64,000 nucleotides of DNA from contig NW_025765725.1 of assembly GCF_003918875.1 (NCBI RefSeq), positions 1,426,001 to 1,490,000 of the forward strand, in the 5' to 3' direction. The notes beneath the pieces were generated by a model, which worked only from the letters and a program-made list of their open reading frames with translations, did no database searches and was not told where the DNA came from. The DNA is from Haliotis rubra. Taxonomy: Eukaryota. The position numbers and the translations under genes are program-made. Shown here piece by piece: positions 34,946 to 48,603 of the stretch. Position 1 is the stretch's first letter. Every line of letters starts with the position of its first letter.

Positions 34946-37900
34946 TCTGAATTACAGCTATGTACCTTGACGTAGTGGCACGAGAAACGCCGTCATTATA
35001 CTGTCTGATGTTGATGGTGGACATGCAGGAATCTCCTCATGTTGATCTCCAACACTGTATCGTTCCAGCAATGTGTACAGTGCTATACACCATGCAATCG
35101 TCAGCAGTCCGCATGCATACACTTCCCATTTAAATACAGACACCAACAACATCCAGTGGTTGTCTTTAGCTGACAGTTTCTTATGGACTGCCTCACATTC
35201 CGATTGATACAGTATGTAAGAAAATGCAAAGGTCTTGCTTCTCTTGAGGGAGATTACGTAAGGTATGCCAGAAAGGTCGACCTCCTGAAAGAAAACAAGG
35301 AAGAAAAGGCCCAATGTGTAATGTTCCAGTGGATTCTAAACGTTCGAAACATATTGGCTTAATACATTCTTTCCTTACATTTCGAGCAACAATGCCAAGA
35401 AGACCACTCCATGTTTCTGACAATTCGCCCCACATCTTCTCAGGAGGTTCGACCAGTTCGTACCTGAAGTGAAATCGAAGTATATGGGTCATAAAAAACA
35501 ACATATTACGTACTTTATATGTTTGACGTGTGTTTGCACAATAGCTGAACGGGACCGATCGTTTATATTTATGTTTAATCCATCGGTGTAATTTCAGTAG
35601 CTCACTCATAGTTGTTATGGTTGTATGGTAACACTGGTGGTAAATGTCGAACTGACACAAATAGTGTGGATGGTTATTCATAACACGTACGTAAAATTGA
35701 GACATTCGCCAAGGCTGTCGAATAAATCCTTGCATACTTGAGTGTACACAATGGACCCATTTAATGGAGAAGTTGATTTCTTGCAAAAATCTTCCACTGC
35801 AGAAAAGAAGTTTCGATCAGAAGAATAATCATACTCAAATATTAAGTCCTTATATTTATGCTAAATCAACTTGCGCGAGAACCACTGTTATGGTTGCAGT
35901 TTAGGTTACCAATTTTCAGTAGTACTAAAATTGAAATAAATTATAAAAAAAACTTGAATATGTACAAGTGGTAGCAATGATTTACCTCCAATATACCAAT
36001 TTTCAATTTTCTTCCATTCAACATGTATGCTGTATTGGGGAAGAGAGGACCAGCGAAAGTGCCATGTATCTCCCCGTTGTGTGTAATGTTGCCAACTGGG
36101 GACCACTTCCGATTGTTGGGCTTCCACAAGAGAGTTCTGATTTTCACAAAATAGCTACCTGATATGTTCTTTTCCTGGAAACGAATGTAAAAAGCACCTT
36201 ATTGAATAAAATAGTGTTCAATGGGAATAAAATCATGCTACTCAGTCGATGTGTCTATGTTTCTTCAATCAGTTTGATTGCATTTCGTGTCAGTATATTT
36301 CTTATCGAATTACCTTGACTGCAATCGCTACGTTGTCCAGATCAGCATGTACTTCTGATAACAACTGTGGGTCCACAGTGAGGAAGAGCCATTTCGAAAA
36401 ATGACGCAGCAGCGTTCTTCGTCCGTATTCCTTGTCTTTTCTGGAGGCCTGTGGCAGAAAGAACAATCATGAATGTATACTGGCCACAAAACGAAACGGT
36501 ATTCATAGGAGATAAAATATATATTAGAACTACATGTGTACATGTGCATGTCTACGTTTCGATGCGTCAGTGGTTTTGGAATCGGCTCGTGGGATATTTC
36601 TGTGCATGTGAATGTCCATAACTGAAAAATCAAAACTGTTTGTTTGACGTTTTATCGTTTATACAATTAAACAGCTCATGAACTGCATATCATAAAATAA
36701 CTGAAATAATTTATAAACGAACACAAAACATGTAATTCGCTTAACTTACGATATCTGTGACGCATGACAAGCAGTAGTTACTCCCATCACAGAAGACAAC
36801 AAAATTGAACATTTTGCGATAAATGTTGATCCTGTTCTTCTGGAGGGTGTTCTCTATTAAGCCAGTCACACTAAGTTCAAAGGTACGTATTTGGAGGAAC
36901 ATCACAGTCACACCATGATTTGTTGTCCACTCCTCAATAATGTCATGTGTATCTCTTCCTGTTAGACAATGGAAATGCAGGATTATAACAGGAACAATAT
37001 GAACATGTACGATGACTGAATTTGTCTTTGATAATGGGAGCAAAATTATGTAATTAGAGATCAAAGATTACATAATACTTTGTTTAGCTAAGAAGTACTG
37101 TTAATTGTAAGGACCAACGGAAGATTTACTTACTCAGAGTTGTATCACTAACAAAAATCAAGGATGAGCCCGGATTGAGAGATAGCATGTTTAATATGTG
37201 ATGCAGTTCATTTTTCCCAAATATTAGTCCGGAAGGCACTGTAAATAAATAATGAAATGAAATATCTTGTACATTTGCACCAAAGGAAATATCGCATTAT
37301 GTGTTTAGTTCGTCCAGCCACTGTAACACCTGCAATAATTCTGGAATATCATGGCGGATGTATTAAATGTGAGTCCCAAGGATATTCATCATTATTCATA
37401 TTCATACAATTAGAGGAGCCAAATTTGGGAACCATCATATGCACACTTAAAAAATGATATTTTATATGCACTATATTAATGTCGACACATATGAAATAGC
37501 TTCTCCACATATCAGAAAGTATCATGGCAGGATTACACTCAAGAAGAGCAATGTAATGAAGTGCGACCTAATTATGCATAAATAGAGGCACATTGTGTGT
37601 CTGCTCAAGGCAAGGTTCGCTATAGAAGCAGCATGATATTATAAACGTTACAATAAACGTAATATACTTTGGCAATATCAAACAATCATATTTAATTGTT
37701 TCTACAAACCTGTCACGTTCTCGAACGGCGTGCAGGAGCAACCGACAGTAAGCAAATGACCAGATACATACAGGTACAAGCGTACAACGTCCATGGCTCT
37801 GGACGTTATTACAATATTCAACAGAATGTCCAGATTAACCGACGTACTGCAGGAAATAAACGAATAGTTTGGATAATTAGACGCTGTTTTCGTTTAGTGG

Positions 37901-39828
37901 TTGTGTTTCCTGTGTATGAATTGCTGGGTAAATATACATTCATGAGTAAACCTACTGGAACAGAGATAGAATTCAGTAAACATTGTACGTTTCTGGCCGA
38001 CCGACGAGTGCGTTCAATACTTTATCGTGGTGTTTTGTGGGGTGCTCCTTCGTCAGCATAATCCATAATTCAAGGTTAGCGTGATATACCTTGTCGATTT
38101 CAAAAGCAAATTTCAAAATACACTAATGGAGGAATTGTTTTTAACGGAATCAACTGGAAGTATTGACACAGCCATAAACACAAAGGCCACCGGCGAAAGG
38201 TAAGCCTTCAACATTCTTCACGAGCTGTCGTGGACGTTCAATACTTCACCGTGCTGTGTTTTTTTAAACAAAGCAAAAATGTCAGTTCCTGAAGTCAAGT
38301 ATAATCGGTTGAATATGTAACTCGATCTAAATATATTAATATTAGATTTTACTTCACCGTAGTAAGCGACATTGCTTCACTCAGCTTGGTCAAATGTGCA
38401 GCAGGACTATAAGTAAGTTCCGTCTTCATCGCAAACGCGTGTAATTGTAAAGTTGTTTGTGTGTTTCCATGATATCTCAGAGATTGCAGAAATACTTCAA
38501 ATGTTTTGAATATCTTGCTTTAACCAACTTCCAATTGTTGACTTACTAGTGTTCTCATTTAGTCTTCCTGTGCATGTATTGCTGGCTAGATGTGCATTCG
38601 TCACTAAAAGTAATAGAACGGACTCATCAAACAGTGTACATTCCTGACGAGCTTCCGCATGTGTACTTTGTCATGTTTTCTTGTCGGTTGTGTCTTAATC
38701 AAAGCTAAGAAAAATCACTTATTGAAGGTAATCATGATCTACTTACTATGTTGTCGATTTCAAAAGCAAATAGAGAAATTGTTTTCAAAAGAATCTATTG
38801 GAGGTATTGAAAAAGCCATGAAAACAAAGGACAGACATATTCGCTTGTTTTGAATATCTTCCGTAGCATATAATGGAAAACATATATTGTTCCGTCGTAT
38901 TTGTTTTTTTAATTATTGGATCAGAAAACATGACACACCTCTTTTTCGTTTTGTAATTTTAACTGTAGGTATACTCATACATACATGACGCCCGATTCCA
39001 CATTCACATTGATGCATAATACAGATATATCGACAAATAGCAAATGCTTTTAACTGCAGACACTATTTACATATTCAGATGTGTTAAGCCAGAGAATATC
39101 TTGGCTGGCGACACCAGTAATACATCCAGAGGCTCATGCGTTATGTCATATGCCTTTAATAGATTTATGTTATAAATAGTTCCACGCTAATGGCTCTTTG
39201 GGTAACACTCTTCCAGCATAATTGGCCTGTTAAGGGACACTTAATGGCCGAGATTATAATCCATCTTTAAATACGGAACATATCTATTGTATCTGCATTT
39301 TTACAGATATCACGAGTATAGCGTTAGAATGGTTTGAGACAGTTTACGTATATTGCCAGTTTTGTAAAATCAAAAGAATGAAAAACACATTTTCTTAACA
39401 AGCATTCGGTGCTATAATAGACATTGAAATCGTATGATTAAGTACATATTTCAAAAAGACCAATATTGTGCTTTCTGATAAAAACGGCATGCTAAATACA
39501 TATGCTGTGTTATTGATTGTATAGTTTATGTCATGAACACTAACATGTTAAGTGAGAATTATTGCATGAAATGACTGGAAAAAGATCGACGTGATCCGGC
39601 ACTTTTAGAAGAAACGTGGACTTTAATTGGTATTCTAGCTGTTCTAAAATCTGAAAACATTCAGTCGAGAGTGTTAAAATGCTTGGAATATTAACAGCAT
39701 GTGCATATAATGTATGATAGGTAACCCTGGTGGGGACAGGGTACGCTCATGTGTTTGCGCACGCCCGGTATCACCCTTAATTCATTTTGATTCAATTATA
39801 TTGTCCTCGAAATTGTACAGTAGATACT

Positions 39829-42050
39829 ATTAGAGTGACATATCTATTGATAAGAATGAAGTTAAGGATATTTTATTGTCTCTCAATGTTACAAAAGCGT
39901 CTGGTCCGGACGGCTTAAGTAACAGATTCTTAAAATTGTATCCAATCATATAGCCGAACCTCTAGCGAAGTTATTTAATATCTCTTTAAAACATAGTGAG
40001 TATCCGAAAATCTGGAAGGAAGCGACGGCTGAGCCAATTCACAAGAAGGGTAGTATTACAGGCCAGTTGCTTTAACAAGTTGTTTACCTAAAGTTTTTGA
40101 AAAATGCGTTTTTAAATACTTAATCACTTTTCTTAATGACAACCATATACTTTCGAACCTTCAATCAGGTTTTATGCCCGGTGACTCAACCTCTAATCAG
40201 TTAACATTTCTCTACAACTTTATATCAAAAACACTAGATCAAGGCAAAGAAATTAGAGCTGTATTCTGTGACATAAGTAAAGCCTTCGATAAAGTATGGC
40301 ATAAAGGCATAATCCATAAACTGGAGCGTTACCGTATTAAAGGTAGTTTATTAAATTCGTTTAGAAGCTATCTAAATGAAAGAACACAGAAGTTGTCACC
40401 CAGGGTATAAACTCATCTGAGCGTGCTGTGTTAGCTGGGGTTCCACAGGGGTCAGTCCTTGGACCCTTGCTGTTCATAATCTACATAAATGATATTACAG
40501 ATGGTATAGATAGAAACATACGTTTATTTGCTGATGACACCTCATTATATGTCATTATCGTAGACCCAGCAATTGCGGCTCGCTACCTAAACAGCGACAT
40601 GTCTAAAATTTCCTCATGGACAAAACAATGGAAAGTCACATTTAACCCATTAAAAACAGAATCCATACTTTTTACTAGAAAAAAATATCCGAGCTCTAAA
40701 CTACCACTTTTATGAATAATACTGTTACCCGCGAAGTCGAAAGTCATAAACATTTAGGGGTTAATCTGCAGAGCGATTGCACTTGGAGCAAACACATTAC
40801 CGATGTCGCAGAAAAAGTAAGCCCAATGATAAATTGCTTACGGAAATACAAATACCGTCTTAATCGTAAAACCCTTGAAATTATGTACAAACAGTATATA
40901 TTACCCTTGTTTGACTATTGTGTTCACATCTTGGACAACTGCACCTAAGAGCAATCTGAATTTCTAGAAACATTAAACCTAGATGCTAAACGAACAATAT
41001 GTGTAGCGGTACGTGGAACTAGCCATAACAAATTATATGACGAAACAAATATCCAGCCTTTAAGGATGAGAAGAAATAATCATAAATTAATTTTGTTCTA
41101 CAAAATGGTAAATAACTTAACGCCTGGTCATCTACCCAGTCTTGTCCCTCCTTGTGTATCTGATTCAAACCAATACAACTTAAGAAATCGTAATAACATT
41201 AACCATTAATTGCAGAACAAGAAATTACGAAAACTCGTTTTTACCCAATACTATTAAACTATGGAACAACTTACCCCAACATCTTACTCAATTAGAGTCC
41301 CTGTCCAGTTTTAAAAGACGACTGAGGACTATTAATCCACCTCGAATATGTTTCAATCTCAACAATGGAAGCCGTTTTGCTCAAATCGTTCATTCCCGCC
41401 TGCGACTCGGCTGCATTGACCTCAATGCTCACAAATATGAAAGATACATTTTAGAAAGTCCGATATGCTCATGTGGACTAGCAAATGAGGATAGTTTTCA
41501 CCTTTTCTTTACGCGTTCAATATATACTGTAACTCGAAATAACATGTACTTTTACCAAAAACGATATACATTAGACTCAGTATTATTCGGAAATGTCCAT
41601 GCAACTGCACCTGTAAATATGCAGATTCTTGAATCTGTTCATATATATATCGTACAATCAGGCAGATTTGACGCCCTTTTCTCAAGATAATGATTGTTTA
41701 CTCTCAACCTATGATGTCGACATACCTCTCTTCCTTTGGACTATGTACAGCGTATACATGACTAACAGCCAAACTATGTAATTATTATTTGTTTTTGTAA
41801 GGGAGAGGGGGGCGGTGGGGTAGTCTAGTGGTTAAAGCGTTGGCTCGTCACGCCGAAGACCCGGGTTCGAATCCCCACATGGGTACAATAAGTGAAGCCC
41901 ATTTCTGGTGTCCCCCGCCGTGATGTTGCTGGAATATTGCTAAAAGCGGCATAAAACCAAACTCAGTCAGTCAGTGTAAGGGAGAGGTGTTCATATAAGC
42001 TTGTTCACCGATCCCTATTCAATATAATTTGAATAAACATATGTTTAAAC
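39829..42050 (+). mobile_element. 5'-truncated CR1-clade LINE
   Basis: RT motifs [38 protein letters not shown]; 11-bp TSD cagtagatact at 39818-39828 and 42051-42061. Confidence 0.92.
41809..41974 (+). mobile_element. SINE family A nested in the CR1 3' UTR
   Basis: 13-bp TSD tgtaagggagagg at 41796-41808 and 41975-41987. Confidence 0.93.
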
Positions 42051-43099
42051 CAGTAGATACTCTTTTAGTACAGATTTGAGATTTAGTATGGAGTTCTCAC
42101 AAAATTATCTTCATGGACGGTCAGCACATGGTCACGCTTGTCATGGGATATCGCAGTGTCATATTGAACTCTACACAACAACTCTTGTGAAGAAGCATGT
42201 ATCAGACTCTTCCTGAACCAGTACAACTATAGTGACGAGAAAGGTTTCACAACAGGACACATAAGGGTCATGTAAAGTCATCAGGTGGAATACTATACTG
42301 CTCTGTAAGACGTAACCATTGTGTTAACAACAGGAACTATATATTGCTTACCGAGAATCAAGTTAAGTCATTTTTATTGTGGGTCCCTGAAGCGAAATAT
42401 TTCTTCTGCGTCCATATATTCAATATGTTTGTGCTTACTGTCCAGAACACAATGATGAGTATGTTTGAAAGATATTATCCTATAGCAACAAATGCTAAAA
42501 AAGTGTTTTGCAACTACACTAATGAAGTGTTTTAGATACTTGTCATTGTCAACTACATATATACAATGGTACATTGATATGTTCAAGGAAAATGAGTGTC
42601 AGTGTCATGAGTTTCACATATCAACGGCGCAGTGGCTTGCAATGTGCGTATTTAGCGAGTGAGTGTTGAATTTAACGCCGTTTTGTGCAGTATTCCACTT
42701 CCTGGCGTGCCGGCGTTATGTGAGATGAAACCCCGTATTGATACAGATCTCAGGCGGTTACCACTTTGAAACCAAAGAGTATGGACATGGTACTGACAAG
42801 CCTGAAAATATTATCAAGGTGAACTGGGATCTGGAGACACAAATATGAGCATAATGTCGCATATATAAACATCGCATATGAACTGTCTGCTGAACATGTC
42901 TCAAGTTTCACTATTCACTGGACAGTACTGTTACAGCTGCACCTGCCTCGTATTTACTTACATGCCCGATGTGACCTTTTCACGAACTGTTCGATAGTGA
43001 TTCAGAAACACGTGCTCTGTTATTGTATGGTGTCAATCACCGGACTGTCTGGCCTTGGCTCGATTGTTTCCAAACCACATCGTACCACTGTGGTACTGA

Positions 43100-43620
43100 C
43101 CAGACCATCAACCCTGACACTAAGCCTCCCCGACAGCAAGCAGCCCCCTTCACCATCAGCCTCCCCTACATTGGACCAACTAGCCATCACATCCGACGAC
43201 TCCTCAAACAGCAAGCCAACATTGATGTCATCTTCCAAAGAGGCAACAATATACAGAACCTCCTGCAGGCCACAATCCACCCGGCAAAGACGCCAGATCC
43301 CGCAGGTGTCGTCTACCAGATAGAATGAGACTTCGGCGAATCCTACATTGGTGAAACCTCAAGACCAGTCACCATTAGGATCAACGAAACAAGTCCTCAG
43401 TAAGAAACAAAGACTCTAAATCCGCCATAACTGACCACCTCAAAGCCAACCCAAACGACAACATCAGTTGGAACACCACCAAGGTCTTCGAGAGGAACCA
43501 GGCTCATTTCAAAACCCAATATTACTTGAAGCTGCCCAGACAAAGAAGATTTGCCCAGCTATCAACAAAGATGATAGTTATGTCATCCCCAAGGCTTATG
43601 GTCACTTGTTGTCATTAGTT
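43100..43620 (+). mobile_element. Penelope-like element C-terminal GIY-YIG endonuclease remnant
   Basis: ISLPYIG...IRRLL, GVVYQIE*DFGESYIGETSR...RINE, KSAITDHL, LLEA...INKD. Confidence 0.85.
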
Positions 43621-43909
43621 CCATGTAACCTACTCAACCATTGTCTATTATCCATTGTGTAACATCACTTCACTGTTGGCTTCCCAACAGTCCCTTTATC
43701 ACCTATGTAAACAACCTATGTACATCATTCCCTACTGGTTGCCCATCAATATCCTTAATCTCTTATGTATACAACCATGTACATCGTCTTTACTGGCTTC
43801 CTATCAACCTACGTAATCCTGTGTTATCAACCTCTTCTATTGTATAAACAACTCATTTTCGCACACGGTGTTAACACTATCTCAAGACTGAAGCAGGGTT
43901 TTAAAAGGT

Positions 43910-44550
43910 GAACAATTAGGGAGGGGTGACCAAGACTAAAGTTAGTGTGAACAATTAGGAGGGGTGACCACGACTGAAGTAGGTTTAAAGTTAGGGAGGG
44001 TGACCACGACTGAAGTAGGGTTTAAAGTTAGGAGGGGTGACCACGACTGAAGTAGGTTTAAAGTTGACCACTGACTGAAGTAGGAGGGGTGACCACGACT
44101 GAAGTAGGTTTAAAAAGGAGGGTGACCACGACTGAAGTAGGTTTAAAGTTAGGGAGGGTGACCACGACTGAACGAGGTTTAAAGGGAGGGGTGACCAAGA
44201 CTGAAGTAGGTTTAAAGTTAGGAGGGGTAGGTTTAAAGTTAGGGAGGAGGGTGACGACCACGACTGAAGTAGGTTTAAAGTTAGGACGACTGAAGTAGGT
44301 TTAGGGAGAAAGTTAGGTTTAAAGTTAGGGAGGGGTGACCACGACTGAAGTAGGTTTAAAGTTAGGGAGGGTTGACCACGACTGAAGTAGGTTTAAAGTT
44401 AGGGAGGGGTGACCAAGACTGAAGTAGGTTTAAAGTTGGGGAGGGGTGACCAAGACTGAAGTAGGTTTAAAGTTAGGGAGGGGTGACCAAGACTGAAGTA
44501 GGTTTAAAGTCAGGGAGGGGTGACCACGACTAGGAAGTTAGGTTTAAGGG
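43910..44550. repeat. About 37-bp G-rich minisatellite containing TTAGGG
   Basis: Unit agggaggggtgacca(c/a)gactgaagtaggtttaaagtt with many length variants. Confidence 0.92.
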
Positions 44551-47500
44551 GTGAAACAGGGACTGGTCGGCTCTTGGTCAATATACTGTGGATGCCTGAG
44601 GTATTGTTCGGACTGTATTTTAGGGTGCCATGCAGTGCCCTACACCAGTTACCTCAGAGTATTGCCGTAACTCTAACCCGTGTTCCCGAGATTGAAAATA
44701 CCAAGTTGAGTGGCAATGATTAGTTTAAGACACAAAAGGTTCATCGACCGATGCGGACTGTATTTTAGGGTGCCATGCAGTGCCCTACACCAGTTACCTG
44801 AGAGTACCAGCATAACATCATCGACCGATGTAACATTCATGTATCATGAGTCCATTAATACAAGTAATAACACAGGACAAGGTATGACAATCCAATAAAC
44901 GTAACCAAAATGTAGTCGATCTACAAAACAAAACTACGTGGACAGGACAGACTCGTCACGGAGTGGGTAACGTGTGTGGGTGTGTGTTTATGTCTGAGCA
45001 CATGTGTGTGTGTATGTGTTAGTTTATGTCGTATTGTACATGTATTTATGTCTGTATGTGTGTGTTTGTGTATCTGTGTCTGTATTTGCTTTTTGTTTTC
45101 GTGTCTGTCTGTAGTTTTGAATCTGTGTGCGTCTCTGAGTGTGTCTACTCCCTCTCACTCTGTTGTTGTGTGTCTGTGGTTGTGTCGTCATGTGGTCTGG
45201 CATGGACTGCTACTTCGGACACACATCACAAATGACGAAGCAAGTAAGACTCGTGTTATGTTGTTTACAGGTATCCCAGCATAGCTGTTTAAGTGAGATG
45301 CTTTAAGGCCACATGCAACGCAAAACACAACTTTGCAGGTCCTGATACCTATAACAAATTATCAAAAATGCAAAAAAGTTGAAAAATAAGGCGATTAAAA
45401 AAAACCCGCGAAGTCGGAGTTCAAACGATTCACTAAATTCACCCCAGCTGGGGCGAAAAGTGTTTTCAGCAGCTGTGCTGAGCTGCTCTCACAGCGCATG
45501 CGCAGTGAGTAGGTTCGCGCGACGCGTGAGTAGCGGGATGCCCGAATTATAAGGTCGTGAGCAGGAGTAGTCTAATCTCGGTCGTGTACACAAACAACAA
45601 ATAGTAAATAATCTACTCGTTACATAAAAGCACCTTGTTAAGGATCAAGATCTACTCAGATATTATGTGTGAACGAGTGAGGCGTTCGGCATTTCAAGGC
45701 GGAAAACCTTCACTGGCGGTGAGTACTCGGAGTAGGCTTTGATGTGAGCTAGTTTTCTAATGTTTTGTTGATATTTCACAGGCGCGAGCTATTGATATGT
45801 TATGACAGTGGATTACCGATTTAACTGTTTATATAATTTCATTTGACTATTTCACCACATCGAGTCTTACCAAGTCACTTTCTCAGTTCGATACATAAAA
45901 GCAACGTCATTATTTAGCATTGTCAGAATTTCTAACTGTGATATAGATATGCCTCTGTCACAGACAAAACTCAATGTCTGTTTTATTGTCTGCCTGCCTG
46001 TCTGCTAATAGCAATATGCAATACACAACTTCGATCACTGACCACATGCAATTTGAACTTAACACCTATCAGGCTATACACCATAAAAAACCATTGATTT
46101 ATGGCTCGTGCACCCGAGTTCTGTCTGTCACATTATGTAATTACACAGACAGGCAGGTGTGATACTTGTACACATGACATGTTATGATGTCTGTTGGTTG
46201 CAAAATATTAACACAGTAGTAGTTATTTGCTTTATTTAACGTCGCATGCTCAACTAAGGTATTTCGGCGACGGGGTAGTACACTTATTAAGAAATGAGAG
46301 GGAACAAAAAACAAAACAACAACAACTGAGTATTAAGGGAAATTTGAATGGGAGGCCGAATTAAAAAGGTAAAAAATATGAAATAGGTAAAGAGTAATAC
46401 AGATTTGGAATTTAATATAGATGTAGTGTAGTAAATAGTTATTGTTATTGTGATTGTTTTTACAACCAACTTATGTTTAAAAACATATTTATTAGGTGAA
46501 TAATGATAAACATAGAAAAGGTTGAAAAATGAAGTTGATAAAAAGAAAGAACTGATTTGAAAATTTAAAAGAACATAAAAACATATTTATAAAATCATTT
46601 AAAATGGTAAAAAGTGGAATTATTGTATTATTGTTTTTGTTGCTACGTTATTTGGTATAATTTTGTATGAATGAGATATTTAGTGAGTGGTTTAATTAAT
46701 CTGGGATTTGTCAGAATGTACTTGAGATCAGAAGAGTTAGCATTGTTGAGGTACTGTTTAAAGCATTGGTAAATGGGGTTCTTTGTTTAACATATTTTGT
46801 TAGAAAGGCTGATACAAAATTTAGAAGTGCCCCTTTTAATCCTTATGGGGTAATTTTTGGACGACACCTGGTCTCCAGAGCATATTAAAAGCCTTAGAGA
46901 AATCCGAAAAGACTGCAAGTATGTGTTTTTGGTGTGTATTTTATGCAGTTCTCATGGAGTTATGGATTTGTGCTAGATGATCTGAGGTGGAGCGATTTTG
47001 CGAAAGCCTGATTGAGTTGTATGATATAGGTTTTGTGTTTCAAGACATTGTGTGAGGCGGTTGTTAACCATACCATCCGTGGTTTTGCATATGTTAGATG
47101 TTAGAGATATGGGCCGATATGATTCGGCTTTGTTTCCGTCTTGGCCTTGTTTGTGTATGGGTATGATAAGGGAGTGTTTCCAGCCTTTTGGTACTTGACC
47201 CTTCATCCAATCTGTATTATACAGTTTTAGTAGTTGGTTTATTAATGGTTTAAGGGCGTTTTTTTAACATGATATAGCTGGCATTGTCTTGATCTGGGGC
47301 AGTGCGTTTTTGTGTGGTTGATTACGTTGTAAAATTCCACTTCAGTAAAGGTTTATTGTAAGTTAGATGCGTTTGGGGTTTTGTATGTTGTAGGCTGTTG
47401 CTTTTTTAGATTTTTTTTGAAATTGTTGATTGTTATTAGCAGTTCTGCTAACAGAAGCAAATTGGTTCGCGATGTTTTCAGCTTTTTGTTATTTGTTTCT

Positions 47501-48443
47501 ATTGTTGTTTATAACTGGAATATGTTGTTTTTTCAGACTTTTCTGGAATTTGTTTTGAAGCTTAGGTTGCTGCAGAAATTGTGCCAGTCCTGGTCTCTGG
47601 ACTTTTGTATTATTTGTTTGACATATTTTGTCTAGCTGTTTTAGTATTTTTTTTCCTGTTTTTTCTGGCTTTATCTATTTCGTTGTTCCACCAGGGCACT
47701 GGAGTGTTGCATGTGTATTCACTTAAGGGGATGCTTTGGTCAGCAGCAGTAAGTAATATGTCTATTGTTTGCTGGTTTATAGTTTGACTGCATCTTCAAG
47801 AAAGTTGTTTTGTTCAACTTGTTGTGTGCACAACCTTTTGGTTTTTCCCAGTTTGCTTTATTAAAATTATATTTTTTCCTTATTTCTATGTTTGATGTGT
47901 GGATAGATGAATTTTCTTTAAGACTGCCATTTATATGTGTGTAGGAAAACAGGGTTAAATTATAGCGTAAGCCTGGGGGCAGGGGCTTCATAACACTATA
48001 CGTACCACATGTAGAATAACTGTCTACCAGATAGTCTTGTAGCACATTGTTTCACTTGCTCTACTACGGGACAACTTCTTGACCGGGGTTACCGTTCATC
48101 GTAGCGCTAGATACATTGGGTAGGCCACGTGGTTGGTGCTAAATATGTTGGGTAGGCTCTGATTGGCGGAGATGTCCGTCATCAGTAGTTGAACTTTGAT
48201 CCATGTCAGAGGTCGTTCTAGAGCGTCTGTTATTTCCCAATAGGCTTTATGCCCGATTTACGAACTGGTCACTGAGTTTTGAGTAGAGAACAGATTAACC
48301 CGAACGCACCCCTATAAAAATAAAAGTACACAACGCAAAGTCCAAACAAGGTTGATTAAACATCATGTTCCTACACACTATGTAACTTAACTCAGCTGTC
48401 ACTGGCCGTGATTGTCTACTGAGAACCACGCCTTTTACAGATT

Positions 48444-48462
48444 TGGTGCCGAGACCAGGATC
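48444..48462 (+). promoter_or_regulatory. Primer binding site, tRNA-Phe-like
   Basis: tggtgccgagaccaggatc just after the 5' LTR resembles the complement of the eukaryotic tRNA-Phe 3' end (TGGTGCCGAAACCCGGGATC). Confidence 0.75.
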
Positions 48463-48603
48463 GGGATTTAATAAAGTTAATTTGCACATTTATATAGCAG
48501 GATAGTAATTAGTAAACAATGTAACTTAATTGATTTAGTGCAGGGTTTTTTTTCATAAGATTAATTTGGGAGGTTATTTGAGTAGTTCGTGGTTATTTTC
48601 AAC

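Larger units (their letters stand above)
31004..37794 (-). pseudogene. IR-B: inverted paralogue of IR-A, 11 exons, 1-nt frameshift in exon 6 (pseudogene or sequencing error)
   Basis: Exons 37794-37710, 37238-37134, 36958-36750, 36448-36314, 36174-35986, 35796-35691, 35463-35379, 35284-34966, 32501-32284, 32077-31812, 31214-31004, all GT-AG. Exon 6 starts tgg aag att versus IR-A tgg gaa caa, giving a premature TAA. Confidence 0.85.

Noticed and set aside
44609-44800. 46-bp direct repeat encoding GLYFRVPCSALHQLP twice
   Set aside because: Short local duplication in non-coding DNA; the ORFs lack support.
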